A stretch of DNA of 64,000 nucleotides from NCBI GenBank assembly GCA_024137785.1, contig JAHRHZ010000111.1, positions 34,669,830 to 34,733,829 of the forward strand. The letters run 5' to 3'. Both the position numbers and the translations under genes were made by a program. This DNA comes from Ginglymostoma cirratum (Eukaryota). Shown here piece by piece: positions 27,130 through 40,472 of this stretch (its first letter is position 1; each line of letters begins with the position of its first letter). The notes beneath the pieces were generated by a model that was not told where the DNA came from, did no database searches, and was given only the letters and a program-made list of their open reading frames with translations.

Positions 27130-28068
27130 GTTATGGTTATTAAGTTTGCAGATGATACCAAAATTGGAGGTGTAGTGGACAGTGAAGAAGGTTACCTCAG
27201 ATTACAATGGGATCTTGATCAGATGGGCCAATGGGCTGAGGAGTGGCAGATGGAGTTTAATTTAGATAAATGAGAGGTACTGCGTTTTGGAAAGGCAAAT
27301 CAGGGCAGGACTTATACACTTAATGGTAAGGTCCTAGGGAGTGTTACTGAACAAAGGGACCTTGGAATGCAAGTTCTTAGTTTCTTGGAAGTGGAGTTCC
27401 AGGTAGACAGGATAGTGAAGAAGGCATTTGGTACGCTTGCTTTTATTAGTCAGGGCATTGAGTGTAAGAGCTGGGAGGTCATGTTGCGGCTGTACAGGAC
27501 ATTGGTTAGGTCACTTTTGGAATATTGTGTTCAATCTGGTCTCCCTGCTGTAGGAAGGATGTTGTGAAACTTGAAAGAGTTTGGAAAAGATTTACAACCA
27601 TGTTGCCAGAGTTGGAGCGTTTGAGGTATAGGGAGAGGCTGAATGGGCTGGGGATACTTTTCCTCAAGCATCGGAGTCTAAGGGGTGACCTTATAGAGGT
27701 TTATAAAATCACGAAGGGCTTAGATAGGGCGAATAGATGAGGTCTTTTCACTAGAGTGAGACAGTCCAAAACTAGAGGCCATAGGTTAAAGTTGACAGGG
27801 GAAAGATTTACAAGGGACCTGAGGGGTAACTTTTTCATGCAGAAAATGGTGCTTGTAAGGAATGAGCTGCCAGAGGAAGTGGTAGAGGCTGGTACAATTA
27901 CAGCATTTAAAAGGCATCTGGAAGGTTATATGAATAGGAAGGGTTTAGAGGGATATGGGCCAAATGCTGGTAAATAGGACTAGATTAATTTAGGATATCT
28001 AGCGAGCATGGATGAGTTGGACAAAGGGTCTGTTTCCATGTTGTACAGTTGTATGACTCTATGACTCT
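27130..28068 (+). mobile_element. CR1 LINE, 5'-truncated
   Basis: KFADDTKIGG start; ORFs 27367, 27525, 27756; same subfamily as 2821-3858; CTATGACT tail. Confidence 0.95.
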
Positions 28069-28537
28069 TCAGGAATTCTGAGTAGAAAAAAAACTATTGT
28101 TTCAAATTTTAAAGGCTACCTCATAGTTGTGGTATTGAGAAGATGACCTCAGTCTATTGAAAGTGGCAGTCAGAACGTCTTGAGCATTTTCTTTGAATTT
28201 CAAAGGTCCATCCCCGACCATTGTTACAACTGAGGTGGATGGTACCAATGGCTCTGCTGGGGTCTGACTATGGATAGCAGAAATAAGACAAGAAGAGACC
28301 AAGTCTACAATAGAATTAGAAATGATCAGCCAGCATGACGATTGTTGGGCCCAGGGTCTACACTTGGTGATGCTAAGGTGATCTGCATGAAGCCGTGGCT
28401 GAAGAATCTTATCCTTTACATATGTTGTAGAATTGAATTGAGGTTATTGATCCTTGCGCAGTTGATTTCCACACATCCCCAGACACTTGCAGCTGCTCCT
28501 ATTGCAACCTCCCCACCACCCAGTCCACCACTGCATG

Positions 28538-29332
28538 ATAGAACCATAGAATCATATAGCATGGAAACAGACCATGCTGAACATAATCCCAAACTAAACT
28601 AGCCTCACCTGCCTGCTCCTGGCCCATAATTCCTCCAAACCTTTCCTACTTATGTGCTTATGTCAGCGTCTTTTAAACGTTGTAACTGTACCCACATCCA
28701 CCAGTTCCTCAGGAGGTTCATTCCACAAGTTGTGTAAAACGTTTGCCCCTCATGTCTTTTTAAAATCTCTTTCCTCTTACCTTAAAAATATGCCTCCTGA
28801 TCTTGAAGTCACCCATCGTAGGGAAAAGACACCTCATTAACCCCATTTATACCTTTCATGATTTTTTAAACCTTTATAAGGTCGCCCCTCAACCTCCAAC
28901 ATGCCAGTGAAAATTGTCCCAGCCTACACAACCTTTCTTTATAACTCAAACCTTCTATACCTGGTAACATCATGGTAAATCTCTTCTGAACCCTTTTCAG
29001 CTTAATAATATCCTTCCTATAACATGAACTGTATGCTGCTCCAGAAGAGGTCTCACCAATGTCTTGCACAACCTCAATATGACTTTCCAACTCCTATATT
29101 CAAAGGAATGAGCAATGAAGGCAAGCATGCTAAATGCCTTCTTAATGACCTTGAAATACATGTGACACAAACTTCAAAGAATTATGTGCCTGTGCCCCTC
29201 TGTTCTACAACACTGTCTGAGGCCCTACCATTAATTGTCTGAGTCCTGCCGTTGCTTGTTGTGCAATACCTTTCATGTATCCAAATCGAACTCCATCTGC
29301 CATTTTTCAGCCCAGTGACCCATTTCTTGATC
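28538..29332 (-). mobile_element. CR1 LINE 3' fragment
   Basis: ORF 28866-29090 KRVQKRFTMMLPG..RLRGDLI; ATAGAA-type tail at left. Confidence 0.92.
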
Positions 29333-30344
29333 TTGGAATCTGACTTCATATTAACATTAGGATTAAAGGTAGGAAACTCAAACGTCATTTGAGATTGGAG
29401 GAACATTTTATGCAGAAAATGCTTTGGTTTTTTTAAGGTAGTCAGTGTGCTTTGGATACAAAACCAAGTGTGAGGCAATGCCCGAATGTGTGTGACAAGT
29501 GAGAATGCAATAGGCATGTGTAATGCAGTTACCTACAGTGAAAGAGACAATATCTAGAAGCAGAGGATAATATAGAACTAGTCTGTGGAAAGGTTAACAT
29601 TTCACAAAGTCTGACTGATTTCATACTCAAGAATAACACACTGAGGAATGTAACATATTTGATAAAAATGGATAAGTACAATGGTTAAAAATCAACCACA
29701 GAGCCTCAATAATTATAGGATTGCGGCCAGGTGAGCAAATCATCATATCAAAGTATGAGTGAGCCAGAAACAGAGACCCATACGAATCAGCTAATATTTT
29801 CAGAGCATTGGAAGAAAATAAGGACATTTATGCACTAGTGGTAATGCTGCGTTTAAATTTTGCAGAAATGTCACGGCACAGATCTTGTTAATCAATAACA
29901 GATTATATAATAATAATTGTCGCGCTGGATCGTATGAGAAGAAGAAATGGGCAAACATGTATAGGAACAAAAACAGAAACAAAATGCTTTGCTTAGGTTT
30001 GACAACCTTAAGCAAAATTGCTCCTGTCAAATAAAGAATGATAAAGGAAGTTGACAAAACGAGAGCACAGACTGAGAGTGAAAGTGAGAGTGTGTTTAGG
30101 AAATATTGTTAGAAAGACAGTTGTATTCAGGATAAATAACAATAATTTCAAGGGAGGTGCAGGATGTCAATACTAAACAAGTTTATTACAAATTTGGTGG
30201 TGACAATACCAATTAAATAGCAAAATCAAGGATGGAGGGAGTTGGAATTCCTTTGTAGTCCATGTTCAAGAAAGGCCTCAAATGGGAAGATCCTTGCAGT
30301 TGGGGTGGGATAGGGCTGGGAGGTGGGGTGGCAAGGACTGAAAT

Positions 30345-30432
30345 AAATATGGTCAATGCTGGAAATACTCAGAACACCAGGCAACATGTGGGAGAGAATC
30401 AGAGTTAATATTTCAAGAGGTTTCCTTGAGAA
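30345..30432 (-). mobile_element. Decayed PLE pLTR fragment
   Basis: ATGCTGGAAATACTCAG..GGCAACATGTGGGAGAGAATCAGAGTTAAT resembles 49966-50093 and 63068-63195. Confidence 0.55.
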
Positions 30433-30779
30433 CACTTTGGGAATTTTTGTTCCTCCTGGACTATTCTATGAGAAAATTTTAAAGACTTTTCATTCTAAAT
30501 TGAAAACAATTAACCAAAAATTACATGATTAGTGCACGTCACAGTTTACAACTGCATTTCTCCAAACACTCCCCAACTTCATCAAAAAATGCAAAAGAAA
30601 AATGTTATCACTGTAATTTGCAGCTACAATAACACGAGTGGTTCTTAAAGAAAAGGATTACTCGTGATCAAAGACAGTTTGTTCATTGCAGTCCGTCCCA
30701 CTTTAATCAATCTCATCTATGAAGACTCATTAAATACAGAATCTTTAGAGTATTCAGGTCTTCCTGAATATTGCATATT

Positions 30780-32930
30780 GTTGGGTGTTCATTTGATTTC
30801 AGTTAGCCCCTGGGCTGCTGTTACTTCTTCAGGAAGGTCACTCGTGTAGTGAATGTTGCTGCTGCAGTAATCGCTGACACTGATCCAGTGTCCTTGTTGA
30901 GAAATGGTGTATACCTAGGACTAATGATCACGCTGTTCTCTGTGCATTTGGTGATATTAAATTTTTCTTATCAGCTGTCTGCAGTGAAACAGCATCTGCT
31001 TCATGTGTGCATATGTAACTGTGCCTGTGACAATGTCACTCATTGCTCATGTTCATCATGTACAATTAGAACATAAGAACATAAGAACTAGGAGCAGGAG
31101 TAGGCCGTCTGGCCCTTCGATAAGATCAGGGCTGATCTTTTCATGGACTCAGATCCACTTACCCGCGCTCTCACCGTATCCCTTAATTCCTTTATTGTTC
31201 AAAAAAAATCTACCTTAGTTTTAAAAATGTTTACTGAACTAGCGTCAACTACTTCACTGGGCAAGGAATTCCATAGATAACAACCCTCTGGGTGAAGAAT
31301 TTCCTTCTCAATTCAGTCCTAAATCTGCTCCCTCTAATCTGGAGGCTATGCCCTCTTGTCCTAGCTTCACCTGCCAGTGGGAACATCCTCTCTACTTCTA
31401 TCATCTATTCCCTTCATAAATTTATATGTTTCTATAAGATCCCCCCTCAATCTTCGGAATTCCAATGAATATAATCCCAATCTACTCAGTCTCTCCTCAT
31501 AAGCCAAACCCCTCAACTCCAGAATCAACCTAGTGAACCTTTTCTGTACCCCCTCCAGTGCCAGTATATCCTTTCTCAAGTAAGGAGACCAAAACAGCGC
31601 ACAGTACTCCAGGTGTGGCCTCACCAGCACCTTGTACAGCTGCAACATAACCTCTCTGCTTTTAAACTCAATCCCTTTAACAATTAAGGACAAAATTTCA
31701 TTTGCCTTCCTAATTATTTGTTGTGCCTGCAGACCAACCTTCTGTGATTCACGCACAAGGACACCCAGGTCCCTCTGCATAGCAGCATGCTGCAACTTTT
31801 TACCATTCAAGTAATAATCCTTTTTACTATTACTCCTACCAAAATGTACTACTTCACATTTATTTACATTGTATTCCATCTTGAGATGATAACTTTACAA
31901 CACAGGTCCCCAGTTGCCAAGAGATCTGATTTTTTTGGGCGTGTTGAATGTTTGTACTCTGACTGCTCTTCAATGCTAAACTCTGGCAATAATTTGACAG
32001 TTTTATCAAAGAAAACTTTGGATTTCTGACAATTCACTCTGATTTTATCGCATATTCCTGCATACTCTCTTGCCTCAGTAGCGCGTTAGTCTTTGGGAGA
32101 ATAGCTTGGTGCAGTTTGACATTAGTCACTGGACTGGGCTACTTTCTGTGCCTTCAGTAGACGTGATGTTTCGCCATTTGAGGACTGCCTTGCAAATGTC
32201 TGTGCTGGATCTACTCAATTTTTTCATGATCTCCCTGTCAACGGTCACTGCTTCCTCAGCCTTTCTGTTTGGTTGGGGAAAGTGTGGAGATGATGTGTGA
32301 GACTGACCATCCCAATCATTGATGAAGTACCTAAATTCTTCAAGTGAATTGAGGGCCACTTTCGTCATCACAGTGTCTGGAATGCTATAGCAGCTGATGT
32401 GTAATTTCAGACATTCCACAGTCTTACTGTTAGTCGTTGAGATCAATTGTCTAACCACCAGTAGTCAGAATACTAGTAATGGTGTCAAAATAATCCATTC
32501 CTATGAAAGCAATGTGATCCACTTCCAGCTTCATCCATGGTTGCTCTGGGAATTCAAATCATTGGTGGATGTTTAGCTTGATATTTGCTACAAGTGCTAT
32601 ATTGGCTGATGTGTGGTCCTTAATCTCATTGATCTTGCTCGGTAGTAAATTACTTCTCTTGTCTTCCTCATATTCCTGGTTGTGCTTCAGCAAATCCATT
32701 CTCATCTCCTTATGGAGAATGGGTCTCCTTTCATTGCATAAGGTGTAGTTTGGATTATCATTTCATCTCTGTGTGCCCATCTGTCAAACTGATGTCTGTG
32801 ACAGTTTCAGGGCATCCTTTCATTACTACTTCCTGCAACACTTGTTGAGCGACACCACATTGAATAGTTTGCTTGATTTGAACAAAACACTTGCCTTTCA
32901 GATTGTGGCTGGGATCTTTAAGGGCTCTGA
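30780..32930 (-). mobile_element. Ty3/Gypsy pol (integrase) fossil, split by a CR1
   Basis: Minus strand: WAHRDEM, EMRMDLLKH, STCSKYQ, PEQPWMKLEVD, SIPDTVMT, HTSSPHFPQPNRKAE, WRN..TEG.ESSPVQ, LPEF; appears to continue left of the CR1. Confidence 0.85.
31067..31880 (-). mobile_element. Relatively young CR1 3' fragment nested in the Gypsy fossil
   Basis: Uninterrupted 170-aa ORF 31367-31879 (VRPHLEYCALFWSPYLRKD); (CATAAGAA)n tail. Confidence 0.96.
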
Positions 32931-35665
32931 GTCACATGGGCTATGGCAAAAATTGTGACAGAATCAGGTGAGAAGTCAGGCAGGGCTTATCTTGATTCCA
33001 GGAGCCTTAGTAATGGCCCAACTTGCTTCATTAATATTCAATTTCCTATCTTACTAAAAGTTTTAAAGCAGCTAGACATCACAAATACGCAATGTGGAAA
33101 TTAAATCAGGTACATAACAATGGAACTCCCTGCATGTTCTGAAACTCTGCCATGATGCAGTGGAGGAGAAAGCATCTCATTGCATGATCCACTGGCACCA
33201 ACTGCATGAATCCGACATCCACAAATATTGGCATCTGACATTTGCCAACCCCTCGCGACCACCATTATACCTCTCCAATCCATTTGAAGGCTGCTGAGGA
33301 AACACAAACTTGCATTGCAGGGTGCACGGATAACAAGTATTGAAAGCTGCAACTGGGAGACTTTGCACTTTGTACAGTCAGGGACCTGGCTCGCAGATTA
33401 GACTGGACCATATCTCAGCGCTACTCGCTTGCTCTCTTAGTGTTTGCTTACTTAGCACCAACCTGCACACTCACACCATCTCGGCCTTCCTCCCCTTCGC
33501 CTTGCCGATTAGCACAGTCAAACAGCAAGACAGCTTCCGCGTTAGCCTACAGTCCTGAGTAAAGGGAAAGGATATCCTGCTGCCCGGCAGCAATCTTACA
33601 CTGGAACCTTTTGCCCAGAGCTTATGCAACAAACACTGCCTGTGCAGCAAACATGCAGTCATGTTTTGAAGTCTTAGGAGAGTAGTCTTCACCAAAGTCC
33701 ATGGAGGCACAGTATACCAGCCCAGGGGATGTGCCAGGGATCAGGCATCTTAAGCATGTTCCCTCATTCAATCAGAGCATGGCTGATTTGTGACTGAATT
33801 CCATATACCTGCCTTTGGCCCACGTCCATCAATACTTTTGGTTCACAAACATTTATCTATCTCAGATTTAAAACTAACAACTTTCCTTGCATCAGCTGTC
33901 ATTTGTGGAAGAAAGAGGAAAATATTTCAGTGAATATCTTGCAAAGTGATCGGGTGAGGTGGCTGTCATGGATGAATATATCTGCAAGTGTGTATGTGAA
34001 ACTTGAAACAGTCTGAATTGTGTGAAGGATTGAGTAATAATTGAAAACATTGTTGCTTGGTTGGTAGTGGGTATGTTATGCTTTGAGTTGTGGATATGAT
34101 GGTGGTGCAATGAGGATTTGTTATGCTACACCATTAGAAGATTAAACTCACTCACCTTGAGAATTGGGGGTCAGATGATGAAATTTCTTCCTGCATTACC
34201 TGAAAAGCCTTAGAACTTCCTGTGGTGGTGATATAGTGGTAATGTCTCTGGACTAGTTGTGCAGAACTCCAGAACCTGCTAGGGCAGGGTCCCTGACAAC
34301 GGGTCACTGGACTCAAAATGTTAACTCTGCTTTTCTGTCTACAGAGCCTCACTTTCTTTTCCTGCCTATGTACCAAATTATTCAGTGGATATTTTATATT
34401 TGAATATTCAATTATTTTTCAAGCTTTCACAACATAAGATTTTATATACAATTAATGCCATAAATAGACTATGTCTTCAAAGATTTATTCAATTTTGACC
34501 CCAAAGGCTGTGGTGTTGTGCATAAGTATTCCTCATGTGTAAATCAATCACATGGTTAAACTGATAGCTCTCGTATGGGTGGCAAAATGCATTCCATGGA
34601 GCATTCATTGCCTGGAAGTGGGATTCCATTTATCACTCAGATGGAAGCTTCACTTCAAAAAGCTGCCAGCCAATCAGATTGTCCAGCTGCTCAATAGTCT
34701 AAGCTGCACCAATGGCAGCTGTGGCCAAAGCAGCTCCTTGATATTAAATGCCAGATCCTAGACCAGGTAAATGTAGGGGTAGTGGTGAGTTTAGGTGATG
34801 TCAGAGAGAATTGATTGGAGGGGGTAGGGGTGGCAGGAGCAAGGGAGCATCCACAGGGAACAATTTTGGGATTTGTGAGCTGCCCAATGTAGCTCCTCAC
34901 TTCAGCTTGAGGCCTAAGCAAGGGGACCTCAATTTCTCCCATCTTCCTCAAGTTTGAGGCTGGATTAGAAGTTTTCTAGAAACTGGGAACACAAACCTGG
35001 GGTGTGGCCATCCACATAATATTGCAGCCCAGTTGGGGATAGATGGGAAAGCAAAGGATAGACCACCTGTGAAATTCTCTGTCCACTTGCACCAGCAATT
35101 TCCCCAGTGGAGACTCTAAATCTTTATCTGAAGAATGCAGATGGCGAATGCAGTTGTAGGCTTCAAAGTGAAGAACTGATTAATATCTGAAGGATGGCAA
35201 AACACGATGGAGCTTCAGTCAATGTTTCTGTCCTCCAGTCAACAAGTTATATTTCCCCAATGTATTTTTCTAGGTTATCCACATCTTAATATTTTTCCTA
35301 CTTAGAAGTAGCTCAATTAATTAGAATGCCATGTATAACTAGTCATTTGGTAGTAGAGAACTTGCTAGAAAAAGTATTCTTCTTTTGGAGTTTGATATCT
35401 TGCGCTCATCAGAGCAAACAGCAGAATTTAAAATTTTAAAGGCAGCGATAATTTATGTATTAGGAGAAAAGGGTGCTGATTAGTTGGTGAACTGATTCTG
35501 ACTGAGGCATTACTATGGAGAAGAAAGCCAGGAGCTATCATCTCCTGTGTTTGTTTAATTAAAAAAAAGACAGAATGCTTGGATGTACATCTTTTTCCTA
35601 CAGAGAACATGTCCCTTGACATGAATATACACAACTTCTAGCCAGCAAAAGTGAGAACATTGAGA

Positions 35666-35750
35666 CCGAAAGAACTGTGGATGCTGTAAATTAGGAACAA
35701 GAACAGAAGTTGCTGAGATGAGCTTTTCCAGCAACTTCTGTTCTTGCCCC
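35666..35750. mobile_element. 85-bp fold-back PLE terminus insertion with a perfect 14-bp TSD
   Basis: TGAGAACATTGAGA at 35652-65 and 35751-64; perfect 18-bp inverted arms 35698-35715 and 35729-35746. Confidence 0.88.
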
Positions 35751-36867
35751 TGAGAACATTGAGAACCTGACTGATAATCTTCAATTGTCATTACTGTAAT
35801 TCCTAGCACATTCTGAATCATTTAGCATTTGCTGTCTGATTACAGAATCACATCTAGTGTGAGACATTATATTCTGAGTTTTGCAGCCAGGGACTGATTA
35901 AATATGTTCAGGACTGTATCCAAAATCAGTAGCCAAAGGATGTTCTATTTGATATAATCTACTGTTCGGTGGGAACTAAAGCCGAAGTACCATGTTACAT
36001 GTTTGTGTGCTTGAAGACTGTCTCTTTGGCTTGATGGGAACATACCACTGAGAATACCACTCTCATTGAAACAGCTAGCTTCGGCAATTGCAAGGCTTGG
36101 ACCTGAATAGACTTGCCAATCATCAGCATCCTTACCTTATACAGTATAAATTGTTGCTCTCAGTGAAATTTATCATTCTTGTGCCAGCCCTGGTAAGTGC
36201 TAGAGGTAAAGCCTTGACACCCAAACTTTTTTCAGCTACCTTTAGCATTTTCATTTTGAGCAGAAATCAGGTAAATTTCAAAAGAACACGGTGATCTTTA
36301 CTGCTGCTTTCAAGACTTAGGTATCATTTAACTGTTCCATTACTGTTTCTTTCATTTATAGTGTACATTTTACAAATGTTTCTGTTCAAGACAGATTGCA
36401 TGTCTTTTACTGGATGACAGATCATAGGAGACATACACTTCAGTGCGCAAAATGTTGTCCTAGCAGCTTCGAAAATGAGAAGTTACTCAGTTTCTATGGC
36501 TTTGCTACCTTTTTCACGAAATAGTTTGTTCAGACTTCTGAATGTGAAGCTCCTCTATTATTGGAAATTGAGCTCTGCCTTGCCATCACTCTGTGTTTTT
36601 AAGCATTAAGACAGTTCAATAAAGCTCACTTTGATGTTACTGCACAAGTTTCAGAAATAGAAGTTATTTTATCTAAAGTTTAAGAAGACTAATTGCTTTG
36701 GCAATGGAAACATGACTGAAAAGAATGACTTCACAGTGTGGGAAATGTGCTTGGCCTTGGTACAGGTGGCTGAACACATTTGTTGGTGTCATTGCAGATG
36801 CAATTTATCTTCAAACCCAATCGAATCTTATGCGCTGGTTGCAGAAATTCCGAATGTTTGTACTTTG

Positions 36868-37262
36868 CACATCGAAGACTGAGGAGTGACCTTGTAGAGG
36901 TTTATAAAATCATGACGGCCATTGATAGGTTGAATAGCCAAGTACTTTTCCTCACGGTAGCAGAGTCCAGAACTAGAGGGCATAGGTTTAAGGTGAGAGT
37001 GGAAAGATTTAAAAGGGACTTAAGGGGCAATTTATTTCACTGACAGGGTGGTAGGTATATGGAATGCGCTGGCAGTGGGAGTCGTGGAAACTGGTACAAT
37101 TACAATATTTGAAAGGCACCTGGATAGTTAAATGAATAAGGAAGGCTTTAGAAGGATATGGGCCAAATGCTCCTAATAAGACTAATTTAGGGTATCTGGT
37201 CAGCATGGACAAGTTGGACCAAAGGCTCTGTTTCCATGCTATTCATCTCTATGACTCTATGT
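36868..37262 (+). mobile_element. CR1 3' fragment
   Basis: RRLRSDLVEVYKIM..SRTRGHRFKV; CTATGACTCTATG tail. Confidence 0.93.
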
Positions 37263-38045
37263 TTAAATGAAATGAAAAATAATCGTGCCACATTTTATGG
37301 CGAGGGGAGCACATTTTCTTCAATCTGTTGCATGGAGGGATCCTGCTGGTTGCCCTGACATATTTTCCTTGAACGAAGCATGTTAAAGATGCAGGGGTGG
37401 GCCTGTTGAGGCATCTCTGCCAGACATAGGGAGCAAAAGACAGAACAACGACACAAGGGCCATTGTTACAGGGGGAGGATATTCATGGAAGATCCTGAAG
37501 CGTTAATATTAAAACCAAGCCTTCAATTATTCCAAATTGATATGGTGGCCATCAAATGAGAGAACTGACAATACAAGGCTCTTTCTCTCCAGTCAACAGT
37601 AAACTGTCACATGTTACTGCTCCTTCTCTTCTGGACGCTGGAATGAGTCGTAGAGCAGTGAATCGACAGGGAATGTTATTTTCTTCTATTTGACAAGAAC
37701 ATACCAATCATATGACAAGAATTAGTAATATAATAAAGTGGATTCTTTATTTGCAGGTAAGACAAAATCCATGTTTATTGGAAGGCTACGTATAAATGTC
37801 TGATCTCTATCCCCGCTGCTGTAGATTGCATTTACAGTCATGGGACTAATCCATCATATTCTTTCTTGCAGTTACTGACACCAGTTTAAAATATGTTCCC
37901 TTAATGGTACATGTACCTCGTACCACAACATCCCTATTTTATACTAAATTTAAAATGTATCCTTCTGTGGCCTTCTAATTGAGTATTGGAGAGCTTAAGG
38001 CCATTCTATGACTTATTGTGGAATTAGCAAGAATCTATGATCTTG

Positions 38046-38405
38046 GTTGGCACATTGGCACAGCGGTTAGCATTGCTGCCTCACAGCGCCAGGGACCCAG
38101 TTTCAATTTCAGCCTTGGGTGACTGTTTGTTTGAAGTTTGCAGGTCCTCCCTGTATCTGTGTGGGTTTCCACCAGGTGCTCTGGTTTCCTACCACAGTCC
38201 AGGAATGTGCTTGTTAGGTTGATTTGCTAAGTTAAAAATTGCCTCGTAGTGTGCAGGGATGAGTAGGCTAGGTGGATTAACCATGATAAATATGGGGTTA
38301 TGGGGCCAGGGGAAGGGTCTGGGTGCGATGCTGTTTGGAGGACCAGTGCAGATTTGATGGGCCAAATGACCTCTTTCTGCTCTGTGTGGATTTTATGATT
38401 CTATA
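38046..38405 (+). mobile_element. HE1-like tRNA-derived SINE
   Basis: A-box-like TGGCACAGCGGTTAGC, GCCTCACAGCGCCAGGGACCC, V-SINE-like core GGGTTTCC..GGTGCTC.GGTTTCCT, CR1-type tail. Confidence 0.85.
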
Positions 38406-40472
38406 AGGATTAGGACATTCGGGTTCTTCTTCAGTTGTACTATCTTTAGTGGCCACAGTCTCATTGTACATTGTAGCTTGTGAAAAATAAATGCAGGGCT
38501 TGAAAAAACCAAAAGTGTGAAAGTGTGAAATAAAAATGCTCTTTGTCAGCGTTCCTTTAATGGTTAAAAGTTATTAGGAGCCTTTACTGGATAGACTCTT
38601 CTTCCCCAGCCCAACCTGCAGGATTTTAAGTGACAGGAGGTGGCAGTAATATGTTCTCTCGTAGTGGAGTTCTTTTTAAAGCTAAACTCTCCGCAGTCAG
38701 TCATTAATCTCAGCTCCTGCACAAACACTGCAGCAGGTGATCCTGTACTGAGGGAGCACAGGGCTGATGGGTGAGTTACAGTACGGTTTGTGCAAGCAGT
38801 AGTTTATGGTGGGAACTACATCAAGAACAGCAGCTGGCCTGAAGAATTCAAGATGTGTTTTGAAAACTTCTAAGTCAGCAGTATGAGTGAAAGGTTACTT
38901 GTAGATAAATTATTGCATTATGAATTACTCCTGGATTAAATCTCAAACCTAATTGAAAATGCAGTCTAAATGTCTATATTCAGATATTGTAGAATGTTTG
39001 GAAACGTATGAAGCAATAAGCTGTAAGAATGTGCAATATATGAGAATGTGTAAGAAATTGATCATAACTTGTGCTCCTATTCTGAAAAGTGATATATGGA
39101 GATACATGTGAGTAGATTTATGCTTTAGACACATCATATGCAAAAATCTGCATATCAGCCAAGGTTCTTTTTCCATCTAAATTATCATTTCAAATCCCCT
39201 TCTTTTGACCATGATGGGTTAACCTCTTCCAGCAAATAAACAATGAGCAGATGGCCTCCATGGAGTAGTAAGTTTCCAATTTGAATGAGGAACATATGTT
39301 ATAAGTTGCCATTAATACTCAATACCAAATGAGAGCAGCAAACTAGAATATAGCTGAAGGGGGTCATTTTGGAGAAATCAGATTCAAAGTGACTGCTGTG
39401 CAATTAAGACGAGTCAATTCAAAAGACTGGTTTTAGTCCACAGTTTGGGGGTAATTACTGATTATCATGATTTAAATGTGTTTGGTGTCATGATGGATCA
39501 AGGAAGATACTCGTAGCCCTGGTGGGGTATATACCCACTAGCGATAGGGAGACCACAGAGGTACATAATGCACAGGTGTAGACAGGGTATCAAAGAGAAT
39601 CCTTCCCAGTTCATCACTCCAGGTTCTGAGTAACAAGATCCATCTCCCACAGAAACCAGAAGGGAAATCCTTAACTGAAGGTAAAGGAAGATACAGAAGG
39701 GGAGAGCAAGGTACACATTGCACTAGTTACCATTATTATCACAGGCATCAGCTCAGAAACTGACAACATGTGCAACTTTGAGGCTAGAGTAGATTGCATA
39801 TCTTCAGATGGGGAAGCACTGATGGGCAGCAGTCTTCCTGGGTGGAAGAGACATCACAGATGCCATTTCATAGAGGGCAAGATCTCCTATTAAAGTAATA
39901 TTGCCTTAGAGGAATGTGCTTTGGATCTCACAGGGCCAAGCTGTACATAAAGGTTGGTCTAAGATAAATCAAATACATCATGCAGTGATCTGAAGTCCCA
40001 AAGGCCATGGCTGGGTGCTGGAGCATGTTGCCTCTACTTTGGCCTATGGTTTAATGCAGAGGCTGGAATCCATCCTTTCCAGTGGGAAGTGACTGGTTAA
40101 TTCCAACCAACAACCTGTACTGACTCAGCTCAAAAAACATGAGGTTCTACAGCTGTCATTACAATTTCCATTGAATGACTTCCAGCCGCCATGAATGTCA
40201 AGTATCTCGCACAGTGATTCAGTGGAGACAGAGACAGCTGCAGTGTTTGCTTTGGGGTCCTCTTTGAAACGGGCAGCTACCCAGAGTTCTGTACTCCAGC
40301 ACATCATTGAGCTGGTGGAATTGTTGCCCTGTCCAGTCGGCGGCATTCCCATCAGACCAACTTTGTACACTCTGCAATTACCTGTCAGGCAGGTGGCCCA
40401 GTCTATGATGGTATAGTCTGAGCTGGAGCCTTCATGGCTCACAACCTCTCAAAACTATTCTGAGAGGACATT

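Noticed and set aside
35390-35425. Minus-strand CTGATGAGCGCAAG, a possible further hammerhead
   Set aside because: Stem II and GAAA are not recoverable in this copy
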